Below the pieces are notes generated by a model. The model did not search any database. It was not told the DNA's origin and was given only the letters and a program-made list of their open reading frames with translations. This document shows, piece by piece, positions 52,661-62,175 of a stretch of 64,000 nucleotides of DNA; the stretch's first letter is position 1; every line of letters starts with the position of its first letter. The stretch is taken from the NCBI GenBank assembly GCA_018971565.1, contig JAGXAO010000002.1, positions 6,499-70,498 on the forward strand, read 5' to 3'. The stretch is from Rhodospirillales bacterium (GTDB lineage: Bacteria; Pseudomonadota; Alphaproteobacteria; Acetobacterales; Acetobacteraceae). Position numbers and translations under genes: made by a program.

Positions 52661-53662
52661 ATGCGTAACCGGCGCCTGGATATCGACATCGCCAAGGGGT
52701 TCGCCATTTTGCTCGTTGTCTTCGGGCATCTGGTGGCGCGGCAAGACCCGCAGGGGGTGCATTGGTACGAACCATTGCGCCGGGCGGTCTATGCCTTCCA
52801 CATGCCGTTTTTCCTGTATCTCAGCGGGCTGGTCGCGGGCATGTCCGGCTTTCTGGCCAACGGACGGGCGGCCTTGCGGCCGGCCTTCAGGGCGCGTGCG
52901 CGCCGCCTGCTGTTGCCGTTTTTTGGGCTGGGGCTACTGGTGCTGGCTGGTAAAATGGCTGCCGCACGGTTCATGTTCGTAGACCACGTGCCTGTATCCA
53001 TCGCGGCGGGAATAAACGGGCTGTTCTGGCACACCGCCGCCAGCCCAGCCCTTTCCGTATGGTATTTATTTGTATTGTTCGTGCTTTCCATGGCGACGCT
53101 CTGGCTGCTGAATGGGCGGCGGAAAAGGCTGCCCTGGCTGCTGGCGGCCTCGCTGCTGCTGTACTGGCTTCCGGTGCCTGCCTATGCCTATGCCGACCGT
53201 GTGTTTGCCTACGCGCCCTTCTTTTTGATGGGGACCGCTGCCGGGTTTGCCGAGCCGCGCTGGAACCAGGCGATGGACCGCTTCTGGCCATGGGCGCTGG
53301 TAGCATTACTGGCGGGGTTGGTTTGCGTGGCACTCTGGGGCCAGGGCGTTGAACAAAAGGCGGTGATGCTGCCGCTGGGCGCGCTTTCCATGCCCGCCTT
53401 GCATGGGGCGATGCGGCGCATCCCCCCCAGCCGGGTGCAGACAATGCTACTGTTTTTCGGGCGTTACAGCTTCATCATCTATCTAGGCAACACCATCTTC
53501 ATTGGCTTGGCGAAGGGCGTGATGCTGCATTTCCTCTCCTGGGACGGCATGCATTTTCTATTGTTCGCGCCGGTTCTGATGATCTCCGGGCTGTTTGGGC
53601 CGGTTGCGCTCAAATATTACGGATTCGCCCGGATGCCGGCGCTAAACCGGCTCACGAATTAA
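52661..53662 (+). CDS. Acyltransferase family 3 (polysaccharide O-acyltransferase)
   Basis: IDIAKGFAILLVVFGH, FHMPFFLYLSG, WYLFVLF and GRYS..IYL motifs; multi-TM. Confidence 0.9.
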   Translation: MRNRRLDIDIAKGFAILLVVFGHLVARQDPQGVHWYEPLRRAVYAFHMPFFLYLSGLVAGMSGFLANGRAALRPAFRARARRLLLPFFGLGLLVLAGKMAAARFMFVDHVPVSIAAGINGLFWHTAASPALSVWYLFVLFVLSMATLWLLNGRRKRLPWLLAASLLLYWLPVPAYAYADRVFAYAPFFLMGTAAGFAEPRWNQAMDRFWPWALVALLAGLVCVALWGQGVEQKAVMLPLGALSMPALHGAMRRIPPSRVQTMLLFFGRYSFIIYLGNTIFIGLAKGVMLHFLSWDGMHFLLFAPVLMISGLFGPVALKYYGFARMPALNRLTN

Positions 53663-55773
53663 CCTTCCTTCGAGAAATACCCGCCATAGCGCGGCGCGTA
53701 GAACTCCGCGTCGGCATGGCCGGAGCGGCCATGCGCTTTGGCGTCCACTCGCGTCAGCACCGCCCCCGCGATGCTCGCCCCCGCCTCGTGCAGCAGGGTA
53801 ATGGCGCCGCGCACCACATGGCGCGGTGTGTTACCCCAACGCACACAAAGCAACGCGGCATCGGCCAGGCGGGCAAGCACACGGCCTTCCGCCAAGGCAA
53901 AAGCGGGTGGAGCATCGAGCAGAATGAGGTCGTAATCTTCACGCAGCGCGCGAAGCAAGGCAGGTAACGCTGTAGACAGAAGCAGATTTAGCGCCGCCCG
54001 GCTCTGGGTGCCGGCGGGCAGCACGCTGAGCGGCGTCAGGCGGTCTTGCACCACGCAATCGGCCAGGGCCGCCTGCCCCGCCAAATGGTCCGCAAGCCCC
54101 GGCTTGCCCCGGATGCCAAAAATTGCATTGAAGCTCGGCTGGCGCAGATCACCATCAATCGCCAGCACCTTCACACCTGCGGCCGCCAGAGTGCGGGCAA
54201 GGGCAACGCAAAGCGTGGTCTTACCCTCGCCCGGCCGCGCCGCCGTTACCGCCAGAATGCGGCTTTGCCCCTGCCCCAACCCCAGCCCGGTATGCAGCGC
54301 GCGCAATTGCTCGGCATACAGCGAGAACGGGGCGATAAGCGCTGCTTCCGCCGGGTTTGGCGTTTCCGGCAATAATGCGTGGCAGACGAGCCCGAATTCG
54401 TTCCGCAGCGCAGTGCCTGACCGCAAGGAAGTATCCAACGCATCCAGCAACCCGGCCAGCAGCACGCCCAGGCACAGTCCTAGCATCAAAGAGGCGCCTA
54501 GAACCAGCGGCGCATGGCGGGAGATTGGGTGTGCGGGCATGGCGGCGGCGGAAAGAATCCGTGCATCCGGCCTGGTCAGCGAGGCATCCTGCGCCAATTG
54601 CCCGGCCTGGATGGTCATTGCGCGCAGCATGTCCCGTCCGGCTTCGGCCCGCTGCTCCAGCGCGCGCACCGGGGCGGCTTCCTCGTCCTCCGTCTGGCTT
54701 TGGGTGCGCGCCTGGGCGAGCGCCGTTTGAAGCGTGGCAACCTCCGCCGCATCCGCCGCCATTTCGGCGCGGGCGGCGTCCATCTCACGGGCGGTCTCAG
54801 CGTTGATCTGCCCGGTGAGGGCGGCAAGCTGCGAGCGGGCGGTGACCAGAGGAGGATAATCGGCGCCATATTCGTTGGCCAAAGACCGCACCTGTGCCGC
54901 CAGCTCCGCCTGCTGTGTACGCAGCGGCAACAGATTAGGCGCGATGGCGGCGTTGGCCGCGGCGGCGTCTCCCCCGGCATGGGCGGCGGCATTCAGCCGC
55001 GCTTGGGCCATGGCCAAACCAGCTTGCGCCTCTACCAGCGAGGCCGCGAGGCGGCTCGCGGTTTCCGTGGTGAGGGTGGCCTGCGTGCCCTGCACCATTC
55101 CGGCCCCGGCTCGCGCCTTGGCCAGCGCGGTTTCGGTATCGTCAAGCTGACGCTGGACGGCCTCGGAATGGTTTTCAAGCCAGTCTTGTGCGTCTGTCAG
55201 CGCCTGGAACGAGGTTTCCCGCTCATGGTCCAGGTAGAGCCGCATCGCCATATTTGCCGCATTGGCGGCAAGCGCGGGGGATGGGGCGGTGAAGGAAACA
55301 CTGAGCACGCGCGAACCGGGCAATACCGAGACACTGAGGCGGCTCTGCACATTGCTGGCAAGGTCGGCGCTGGTGGGGGCGGCCCCGCGCGGCAGCAAGG
55401 TGAAGGGAAAGTGGCGGCGGCGTAAGGCCGGGTTGAAGGCAGGGGCCTGCGCCAGCCCAAGCTGCTGCGCGATGGCGGCCGCGGCGGGCAGCGAGGCGAT
55501 GATGGCGCCCTGGCTGACGGTGACCGCATCTTCATCCAGGCTGTTTTGCACCACGCTTGAGGGGTTGCCTGGCAAGGCCGCGCCAGCCGGGTCGTACAAC
55601 ACAATACCCGTTGCGCTGTAGCTGGCGGGCAGCATGACCAAGGCCAGAGCTGCCAGAGCCAGGCTGGCGGCGGTGCAGGCCAGCACAAGCCGCCAATGCC
55701 GCCTTAAAGTTGCCCAATGCGCCGCTGGTGGTTGCAGGGCTGGCAAGGCGAGGTTCGGAAGCGCGATGCTCAT
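53659..55773 (-). CDS. Wzc/GumC-type polysaccharide co-polymerase with BY-kinase domain
   Basis: Two TM segments, coiled coil, Walker A PGEGKTT, A' DGDLR.P, B LLDAPP and C-terminal Tyr residues (FYAPRYGGYF). Confidence 0.88.
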   Translation of the reverse strand: MSIALPNLALPALQPPAAHWATLRRHWRLVLACTAASLALAALALVMLPASYSATGIVLYDPAGAALPGNPSSVVQNSLDEDAVTVSQGAIIASLPAAAAIAQQLGLAQAPAFNPALRRRHFPFTLLPRGAAPTSADLASNVQSRLSVSVLPGSRVLSVSFTAPSPALAANAANMAMRLYLDHERETSFQALTDAQDWLENHSEAVQRQLDDTETALAKARAGAGMVQGTQATLTTETASRLAASLVEAQAGLAMAQARLNAAAHAGGDAAAANAAIAPNLLPLRTQQAELAAQVRSLANEYGADYPPLVTARSQLAALTGQINAETAREMDAARAEMAADAAEVATLQTALAQARTQSQTEDEEAAPVRALEQRAEAGRDMLRAMTIQAGQLAQDASLTRPDARILSAAAMPAHPISRHAPLVLGASLMLGLCLGVLLAGLLDALDTSLRSGTALRNEFGLVCHALLPETPNPAEAALIAPFSLYAEQLRALHTGLGLGQGQSRILAVTAARPGEGKTTLCVALARTLAAAGVKVLAIDGDLRQPSFNAIFGIRGKPGLADHLAGQAALADCVVQDRLTPLSVLPAGTQSRAALNLLLSTALPALLRALREDYDLILLDAPPAFALAEGRVLARLADAALLCVRWGNTPRHVVRGAITLLHEAGASIAGAVLTRVDAKAHGRSGHADAEFYAPRYGGYFSKEG

Positions 55774-55810
55774 GGCTAAATTATTAACAAAATTTTGGTA
55801 ACTTAACAAT

Positions 55811-57814
55811 CTAAAGTTGTGGATATGGCACCACCCAGGGGCGATTGCCTTGGGCCATTCGGTCAGTCCGCACCAATACGCCTGATGTTTTCAGCCAGGC
55901 GGCGGCAGCGCCCGCGCGTTGGGTGAAGGCCGGATCTAGAATTATAACGCCTGGGCACCCCATCTGCGGTACGGGCGAGAGCAGCAAAGCCGCGCCGAGA
56001 CAATTTGAAACTGGCGTGGTGGCGTATAAAACCCGGCCCAGCAGGCAAGCTGCACTGCTGCACTGCGCCGGAATGAGCGGACGCCCGCCCCAGACGCTCT
56101 GCCATTGTTCCAGGGTGAATTTGCCGGCCTTCGGCTCTTCAGCCAACAAAATCTGGGTGCCAGAGCGGATGGCGATAAGCCTTGCATCCGGTGAAATAAG
56201 TAAATCAGGCGGGCGAGCCAGCAATGCCACGGCTAAGCCCATGGCCATGAGCGCCACCCCCCCCAGCCGTACGCGCGAACGCCAGATGCAAAGCCAGGCG
56301 AGGCCAGCCGCGATCAATAAAATAGCTGCATTGGGCATCGGCGCAACGGGCATGAGCGCCTTGGGCCAGGTGGCGATGTGCTGCGTCATCCACACAATAA
56401 CGGCAATACCCCAGCCCATTGGCCGAAAAGCCAGCCAGGCCAGATGCAGCTTTAACAAGGTCAGCCCCAAAAGCCCCCATGGCATAATCCAGAACGCGGT
56501 GAGCGGCACGGCGACCAGATTGGCGGGAATCCAATAGGGTTCAATCTGCTGGAACTGATAAGCCGAGAACGGCATGGAAGCGCCACCCGCCAGCAGGCTG
56601 GTGAAAGCCAGCTCCGCCACGTGCATAAGCAAGGCACCCCCGGTGCCGCGCGAAGCATGAAAACGCGACCAAACAGGATGCACCGCCGCATACCCCGCGA
56701 TAAGCGCCGCCACAGCGGAAAAACTCATCTGAAAACTGGCGGAGAGAATGGCCTCGGGCATTGCCAGCAGCAGCACCATCGCGGCGATGGCAAGGCCGCG
56801 CATGGAAACCGCCTTGCGGCCGATGAGCACACCCAGCGTAGCCAGACTGGCCATAGCCAAGCTGCGCAGAATCGGCAGATGCGCACCAGTAAGCAGCGCG
56901 TACCCCCCACCGCCCGCCAGCGCCAGCACGGCGGCTATGGGTTTACCCGGCAAGTGCAGCGCCATCCATATGCTTCGAGAGAGCGCCCAGCGTGCCGCGA
57001 AAAACACCAGCCCCATGACAATGCCTACATGCAGACCGGCGACCGCGAGAATATGAGCCAGACCCGAGAGCACGAATGCCTTGCGTTCATCCGGCGGAAT
57101 AATCTGCTCATCGCCAGTGAGCAATGTAACCGCGATTGAACCGGTGGAGATCGGCAAGGCGTGCAGAATGGTGGCGGAAATGCCCGCCCGCAGGGCTTGC
57201 AGGCTATCCGCCAGCCGGTTTGCTGGCGCAGGGCGGATGATTTTCAGCGGCGTTAATGCCGCGCCCACGGCGGCGATATTCGCGAAATAATAGTCGCGGC
57301 CCTGGTCCCACCCTCCGGGATAGGCCGGGCGGTCCGGCGCGAACAACAGGGCATAGCATTTCACCAGCGCGCCTGGGCGCGGCGGTATATCCCCGGGCTT
57401 CAGCTTGATACGCACGGTCCGGCGCAGCGTGGGGCCGTAATCAATGCGCGGCGCCCGTAGCAGCACCCGCGCGCCGCCGGGCAGAGGCTCCACGCGCGCC
57501 ACAAAACCCGAAAGGCTGGCCACACCATCCGGCACGTTCACCAGGGGTGGCATGGCGGCGGTGCGCCACTCAGCCCTGGCAAAACCGAGCGATGCCGCCA
57601 GAACCATGAAGGCGGCAAAACGCCAATAAGGATGCCGCCACCCCGCCGCGAGCACCGCACCGGAGGCCGCAAGCGCCAAAACACCAAGCCACAATGGTGG
57701 CTCCACGGGCAATGCGAAATAAGCAAGGATCGCCGCCGCCATCGCGACGGGTGAGAGCAGGAAGAAACGCCCTTGTTCCGCCTCTACCCAGCGCGCGAAC
57801 CAGCCTGCCAACAA
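55811..57814 (-). CDS. comEC: ComEC/Rec2 DNA uptake channel
   Basis: GLAHILAVAGLHVG, RSLAM and FQMSFSAV motifs; divergent from gltX. Start placed at the TTG after GGAGG (uncertain). Confidence 0.88.
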   Translation of the reverse strand: MLAGWFARWVEAEQGRFFLLSPVAMAAAILAYFALPVEPPLWLGVLALAASGAVLAAGWRHPYWRFAAFMVLAASLGFARAEWRTAAMPPLVNVPDGVASLSGFVARVEPLPGGARVLLRAPRIDYGPTLRRTVRIKLKPGDIPPRPGALVKCYALLFAPDRPAYPGGWDQGRDYYFANIAAVGAALTPLKIIRPAPANRLADSLQALRAGISATILHALPISTGSIAVTLLTGDEQIIPPDERKAFVLSGLAHILAVAGLHVGIVMGLVFFAARWALSRSIWMALHLPGKPIAAVLALAGGGGYALLTGAHLPILRSLAMASLATLGVLIGRKAVSMRGLAIAAMVLLLAMPEAILSASFQMSFSAVAALIAGYAAVHPVWSRFHASRGTGGALLMHVAELAFTSLLAGGASMPFSAYQFQQIEPYWIPANLVAVPLTAFWIMPWGLLGLTLLKLHLAWLAFRPMGWGIAVIVWMTQHIATWPKALMPVAPMPNAAILLIAAGLAWLCIWRSRVRLGGVALMAMGLAVALLARPPDLLISPDARLIAIRSGTQILLAEEPKAGKFTLEQWQSVWGGRPLIPAQCSSAACLLGRVLYATTPVSNCLGAALLLSPVPQMGCPGVIILDPAFTQRAGAAAAWLKTSGVLVRTDRMAQGNRPWVVPYPQL

Positions 57815-57893
57815 CACTACCTCCAGTTGTTTCCGAACGTTAACCTGTTCCCCCCGCTGGCACAACGCGGCGCAACAAGGTAACAGGCGGAGC

Positions 57894-59288
57894 ATGAAAG
57901 TTCGCACACGTTTTGCCCCCTCGCCCACCGGGCTGCTGCATGTTGGCGGCGCCCGCACCGCGCTCTTTAACTATCTTTTTGCCCGGCATCATGGCGGCGA
58001 GTTCGTGCTGCGGATTGAGGATACGGACCGCGCGCGATCAACCCAGGAAGCCGTGCAAGTGATTCTGGACGGGCTGGACTGGCTGGGCCTGAAAGCCGAC
58101 GAACCGCCGGTGTACCAGACCACCCGCGAGGCGCGGCACGCGGAGGTGGCGATGCAGCTTCTGGCAGAAGGCAAGGCTTACAAATGCTATTGCACGCCGG
58201 AGGAGCTGACCGAGATGCGCGAACAGGCGATCGCCGAAAAGCGCCCGCCCCGTTACGATGGGCGCTGGCGCGACCGCGACCCTGCCGAAGCGCCGCAAGG
58301 CGTGAAACCCGCCATCCGCCTGCGTGCCCCGCGCGAGGGCGAGGTGGTGCTGAACGACCTCGTGCAGGGCGAGGTACGGGTAAAAAACGCCGAGATGGAC
58401 GACATGATCATCCTGCGCTCGGATGGTACGCCGACCTATCTGCATGCCGTGGTGGTGGATGACCATGACATGGCCATCACCCATGTTATCCGCGGTGACG
58501 ACCATCTTACCAACACATTCCGGCAAATTCAGATTTACGATGCCATGGGCTGGAAAAAACCGGAATTCGCGCATATTCCGCTGATCCACGGCGCGGATGG
58601 CGCCAAGCTTTCCAAACGCCATGGCGCGGTGAGCGTTCTGGAATTCCGCGAGCAGGGCTTTCTGCCGGAGGCGCTCTGCAATTATCTGCTGCGCCTCGGC
58701 TGGGGCCATGGCGATGCGGAATTCCTGAGCCGGGACGAGCAGATTCAGCTTTTCACGTTGGAAGGCGTGGGCCGCGCCGCCAGCCGCATGGATTATGCGA
58801 AACTGACCCACCTGAACGGCATGTGGCTGCGCCAGGCCGATGACACGCGGCTGCGGGACAATGTGGTGGAGCGCCTGGCGAAAGCGGACGTAACCGTGGG
58901 TACGGCAGCGATGCAACGTATTCTGCACCTCATGCCGGGGTTGAAGGAGCGCGCGAAAACTCTGGAGGAGCTTGCAGCATCTTCCGCATTTCTGGCGCGT
59001 GAGATGCCGCTGCCCTTCGAGCCGAAGGCCGAGGCGTTGCTGACGCATGAGAACAAGGAAATGCTGACTCGGCTGGCGAGCGTGCTGGAGAACGTGACAT
59101 TCAACAACGAAGCGATTGACGCGGCGTTGCGGGCTTTTGCCGAAGCCGAGGGGCGCAAACTGGGCCAGGTGGCGCAGCCGCTTCGCGCCGCGCTAACCGG
59201 CAGCACAACGAGCCCCGGCATTGACGCAACGCTGATGGCGCTTGGAAAGAATGAAGCATTGCAGCGGATCCGCGCTGTTACCACTTGA
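57894..59288 (+). CDS. gltX: Glutamate--tRNA ligase
   Basis: RFAPSPTG.LHVGG (HIGH), RIEDTD and KLSKR (KMSKS) motifs. Confidence 0.97.
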   Translation: MKVRTRFAPSPTGLLHVGGARTALFNYLFARHHGGEFVLRIEDTDRARSTQEAVQVILDGLDWLGLKADEPPVYQTTREARHAEVAMQLLAEGKAYKCYCTPEELTEMREQAIAEKRPPRYDGRWRDRDPAEAPQGVKPAIRLRAPREGEVVLNDLVQGEVRVKNAEMDDMIILRSDGTPTYLHAVVVDDHDMAITHVIRGDDHLTNTFRQIQIYDAMGWKKPEFAHIPLIHGADGAKLSKRHGAVSVLEFREQGFLPEALCNYLLRLGWGHGDAEFLSRDEQIQLFTLEGVGRAASRMDYAKLTHLNGMWLRQADDTRLRDNVVERLAKADVTVGTAAMQRILHLMPGLKERAKTLEELAASSAFLAREMPLPFEPKAEALLTHENKEMLTRLASVLENVTFNNEAIDAALRAFAEAEGRKLGQVAQPLRAALTGSTTSPGIDATLMALGKNEALQRIRAVTT

Positions 59289-59412
59289 TTGAAATGGGCG
59301 GGCGCCAGCGTCCGTCCCAATGTTCAGGTTCTCGTCATGCAACGCCCGGCACCAACCCCCATATCCCTGTGAACCGGCGTTACCGGTTATCCAAAACAAT
59401 GGAGATTACAGG

Positions 59413-59757
59413 ATGAAGCGCATTATCACAGCCACGGCCTGCATTTTGGCAATCGGCGCCTACGCGCCTGCTTTCGCCCAGTCTGCGGGCAACACGTCCG
59501 CCAGCGTTGGCACCAGCGGCACAAGTTCGACAGGCATCACAAGCGGTAATGCGAACGGCATGAACTCCACAAGCAACACAGCGAATGGTGGCACAAATGC
59601 TACAGGATCCATGGGGTCTGCCAGCACTGGCACGATGGGTACAGGCACACCGGGCTCCACGCCGATGATGGCTGCTCCGCCTAGCGGGATGGGCAACGGC
59701 GCCAATTCCAGCCCCGGCAAGCCCACCGCCGGCACACCCACCGGGGGCGGTAGCTAA
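59413..59757 (+). CDS. Secreted low-complexity Gly/Ser/Thr/Asn-rich protein
   Basis: GGAG upstream of ATG 59413; Sec signal MKRIITATACILAIGAYAPAFA; followed by a terminator-like hairpin. Confidence 0.72.
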   Translation: MKRIITATACILAIGAYAPAFAQSAGNTSASVGTSGTSSTGITSGNANGMNSTSNTANGGTNATGSMGSASTGTMGTGTPGSTPMMAAPPSGMGNGANSSPGKPTAGTPTGGGS

Positions 59758-59769
59758 CACAAATTCTCG

Positions 59770-59805
59770 TCAGGCTCCGCTGTTGCTGGTGGAGCCTGAT
59801 ATTTT
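59770..59805. terminator. Terminator hairpin between convergent genes
   Basis: TCAGGCTCC...GGAGCCTGA stem followed by TATTTTT. Confidence 0.75.
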
Positions 59806-61196
59806 TAAAAATTCGCGACGGTGCAGGCATAGCCTGCGGCGGAGACTTCCCCACAGAACCGCGCGGCATCCACATTTGACGAGAAGCCGTTCGTGCGCAG
59901 ACGGTAATATGTCTGCCCCTTAACCTCTGCCTCACGAATATCCGGGGATTTTCCTTGAAAAAGAGTCGGGGCGGCAGTCGACATTTTATTCCATTGGTCT
60001 TTTGCCTCGTCCGAACTATTCAAAGCGCCCAGCTGGACGGCGATGGAGCCGACCACGCTTGAAGACGCCGGAACTGGCGCTGCGATCGATGCGGTTGGCC
60101 CCGGAGGGTGCGCTGAAGTAGAGGGTACAGGTGGCGGCGCAACCGGCCCCGGCGTTGAGGACGACACTGCGCCAGGAATAGGAGATGGGCCGGTATAGGC
60201 CGCATCAGGATCGTTATTCACCGGAACCGGGGCCACCACCTGGGCTGGCACAGCAGCAGGTGCAGGAACCGGTGTTGGTGCCGTGGCTGGCGGCGGCGCC
60301 AAAGATACAGGCGGGTTTGTTGCCGACGGCGCTGGGATGGTGCTTACTGGAGGCGTGGCAACTACCGGCTGAGTGGGCGCAGGCGCGGGCGGTGGCGCGG
60401 GGTTTGCAATGGAGTTGGCGATCAATGCCGAAAACCCGTCCATTGCCTGCTGAACTTGATCAGGCGGCAAATCGATCGCCAGAACCGTTCTTGCCTTCTC
60501 ATCATCGCCTACGGCAATGAGTGCCGCGGCGTAATCCTCCCGGATTTTTGGCGTAGCCCCTTGGCCTGTGGCAAGCGGGCCGAGATATTGCAACGCCTCA
60601 GCCCCATGGCCGGAAAGCGCCAGTGAAAGTCCCAGATTTACGACAGTCGCAACACTGCCAGGGTTGATAAGGATCGATTGCTGGTATGGCTGCACGGCAC
60701 CTTGGAAATTGCCCTGCAAATCCCGCGCGACGCCAATATCGCTCCAGGCGGCGGCATTGCCCGGGTCTGCGGCCACAGCCGCGAGAAATGCCTGCTCGGC
60801 ACCGGCTGGGTCCGATTTTAAAAGGCAGCGTCCCACGCCGGTTTCCGCGGGGCTGGATTTTGCATCGTACCGCAACGCCGTTTGGTAAGCGGCCTGCGCC
60901 GGCAGGCAACGGTCGAGCGCGTAATAAGCGTCTCCTTCGTGCACCAGCGCGTCAACATTGTCTGGATCTTCCTTAAGCACCGATTGGGAAATGGAAAGGG
61001 CCATGTTGGGGTCCCCCCCTGAGATCGCCGCATCAGCCACGTTTAGCGTGTTGGGGCCAACACTTCCCGATGCGGCAGTGTCAGCCGCGTTGGGCTGCGT
61101 GCAAGCCGCAAGCGCAAGCGCCAAAATGGCCGGCGCGGCTTGGCGCAGAGCCTTGTGGCGGAAACATCCTGAACTTGCAAAAATTGAAGGATTCAT
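59805..61196 (-). CDS. TadD-like TPR lipoprotein with Pro-rich linker and C-terminal SPOR-like domain
   Basis: Lipobox LAAC; TPR repeats (NLGLSLALSG); C-terminal VQLGAL.S...YYRLR...F.....A..FC. Immediately downstream of tadC. Confidence 0.78.
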   Translation of the reverse strand: MNPSIFASSGCFRHKALRQAAPAILALALAACTQPNAADTAASGSVGPNTLNVADAAISGGDPNMALSISQSVLKEDPDNVDALVHEGDAYYALDRCLPAQAAYQTALRYDAKSSPAETGVGRCLLKSDPAGAEQAFLAAVAADPGNAAAWSDIGVARDLQGNFQGAVQPYQQSILINPGSVATVVNLGLSLALSGHGAEALQYLGPLATGQGATPKIREDYAAALIAVGDDEKARTVLAIDLPPDQVQQAMDGFSALIANSIANPAPPPAPAPTQPVVATPPVSTIPAPSATNPPVSLAPPPATAPTPVPAPAAVPAQVVAPVPVNNDPDAAYTGPSPIPGAVSSSTPGPVAPPPVPSTSAHPPGPTASIAAPVPASSSVVGSIAVQLGALNSSDEAKDQWNKMSTAAPTLFQGKSPDIREAEVKGQTYYRLRTNGFSSNVDAARFCGEVSAAGYACTVANF

Positions 61197-61221
61197 AAAC
61201 TCTTCTTCTATTGATTGTTAT

Positions 61222-62175
61222 TCAACGGTGCAGGGTGGCCATAACATTTATGATGGCGGGACCGCCAACAATAAGGAACACACAGGGAAGAATAAAAATG
61301 ATCATGGGCAGCGTCATCAGTGTCGGCAGTTTTCCAGCTCTGTCTTCAAACTTGATAAGCGCCTCGGCGCGTAGCTCCGCCGACAGGGTACGCAATGCCT
61401 GCGTCAAGGGTGTACCAAATTGCAGTGATTGAGCCAATGTCGTCGCCAAGCGCTTAAGCACTTCCAGGCCTGTGCGCTGCCCTAGCCCAGTCATGACGCT
61501 GCGCATATCCGCACCAATCTGCAACTCTCTGGATGTCTGTATCAACTCCTGGGCGAGGTCAGGGTTCAGGGTCTGAATTTCTTGTGAAACGCGTGCGATT
61601 CCTGCCTCCAGCGCCAAACCGGCATCCGCGCAAATCACCAGCATGTCCAAAGCGTCTGGAACGCCACGCTCAACATTCTCCAGATGGCGCGTACGAATAT
61701 TCGTCGCAAGCATTTCCGGCAGCAGCATTCCGCCAACGGCACCACCGCCTATCTTCAGGCACAACCCGAGCAATCCCGGCATAAAATTCTTGAGCGAAAA
61801 ATATAAAACAGTGGGTATGAGAAAAAAGAGCAAAATTTTGGCGCCAATGAACAGGCCAAGCCCCTTGCCCCCGCGAAACCCTGCTCCTTCCAATGTCGCC
61901 CTCATTTCCTGCAAAGTTTTGCGGGAAAGCAGGCCCGAGCGAGCTATGAACAACCCAAACGACGATACCAGCCTGAGTAGAAAAGATCCTTCGGGCTTCA
62001 CTTCCTCAACAACAACTTGGTTGCGGCCGTTAATTGCCAGATCGAGTCGTCTGTTTAATTTCTGTGAGCGCGCTACCTCCTTCGCCAAGGCCGCGCCCGC
62101 CACAGCGAGAAGCACCAGGCATCCAGCCAAGGCTAGCAAAACATAGATTATCTGAGTTTGATTATTTAAGAACAT
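61222..62175 (-). CDS. tadC: Tad pilus inner-membrane platform protein TadC
   Basis: PDALDMLVICADAGL, Q..QFGTPL and LTLPMIIFILP-like T2SSF motifs. Confidence 0.92.
   Translation of the reverse strand: MFLNNQTQIIYVLLALAGCLVLLAVAGAALAKEVARSQKLNRRLDLAINGRNQVVVEEVKPEGSFLLRLVSSFGLFIARSGLLSRKTLQEMRATLEGAGFRGGKGLGLFIGAKILLFFLIPTVLYFSLKNFMPGLLGLCLKIGGGAVGGMLLPEMLATNIRTRHLENVERGVPDALDMLVICADAGLALEAGIARVSQEIQTLNPDLAQELIQTSRELQIGADMRSVMTGLGQRTGLEVLKRLATTLAQSLQFGTPLTQALRTLSAELRAEALIKFEDRAGKLPTLMTLPMIIFILPCVFLIVGGPAIINVMATLHR

Noticed and set aside
52617..55807. CtrA boxes in the polysaccharide promoters
   Set aside because: TTAA half-sites are spaced by 10 nt, not the 7 nt of the CtrA consensus.
57815..57958. 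Apparent head-to-head overlap of comEC and gltX
   Set aside because: Artefact of longest-ORF calling; a GGAGG followed by GTG/TTG near 57814 gives a non-overlapping start.
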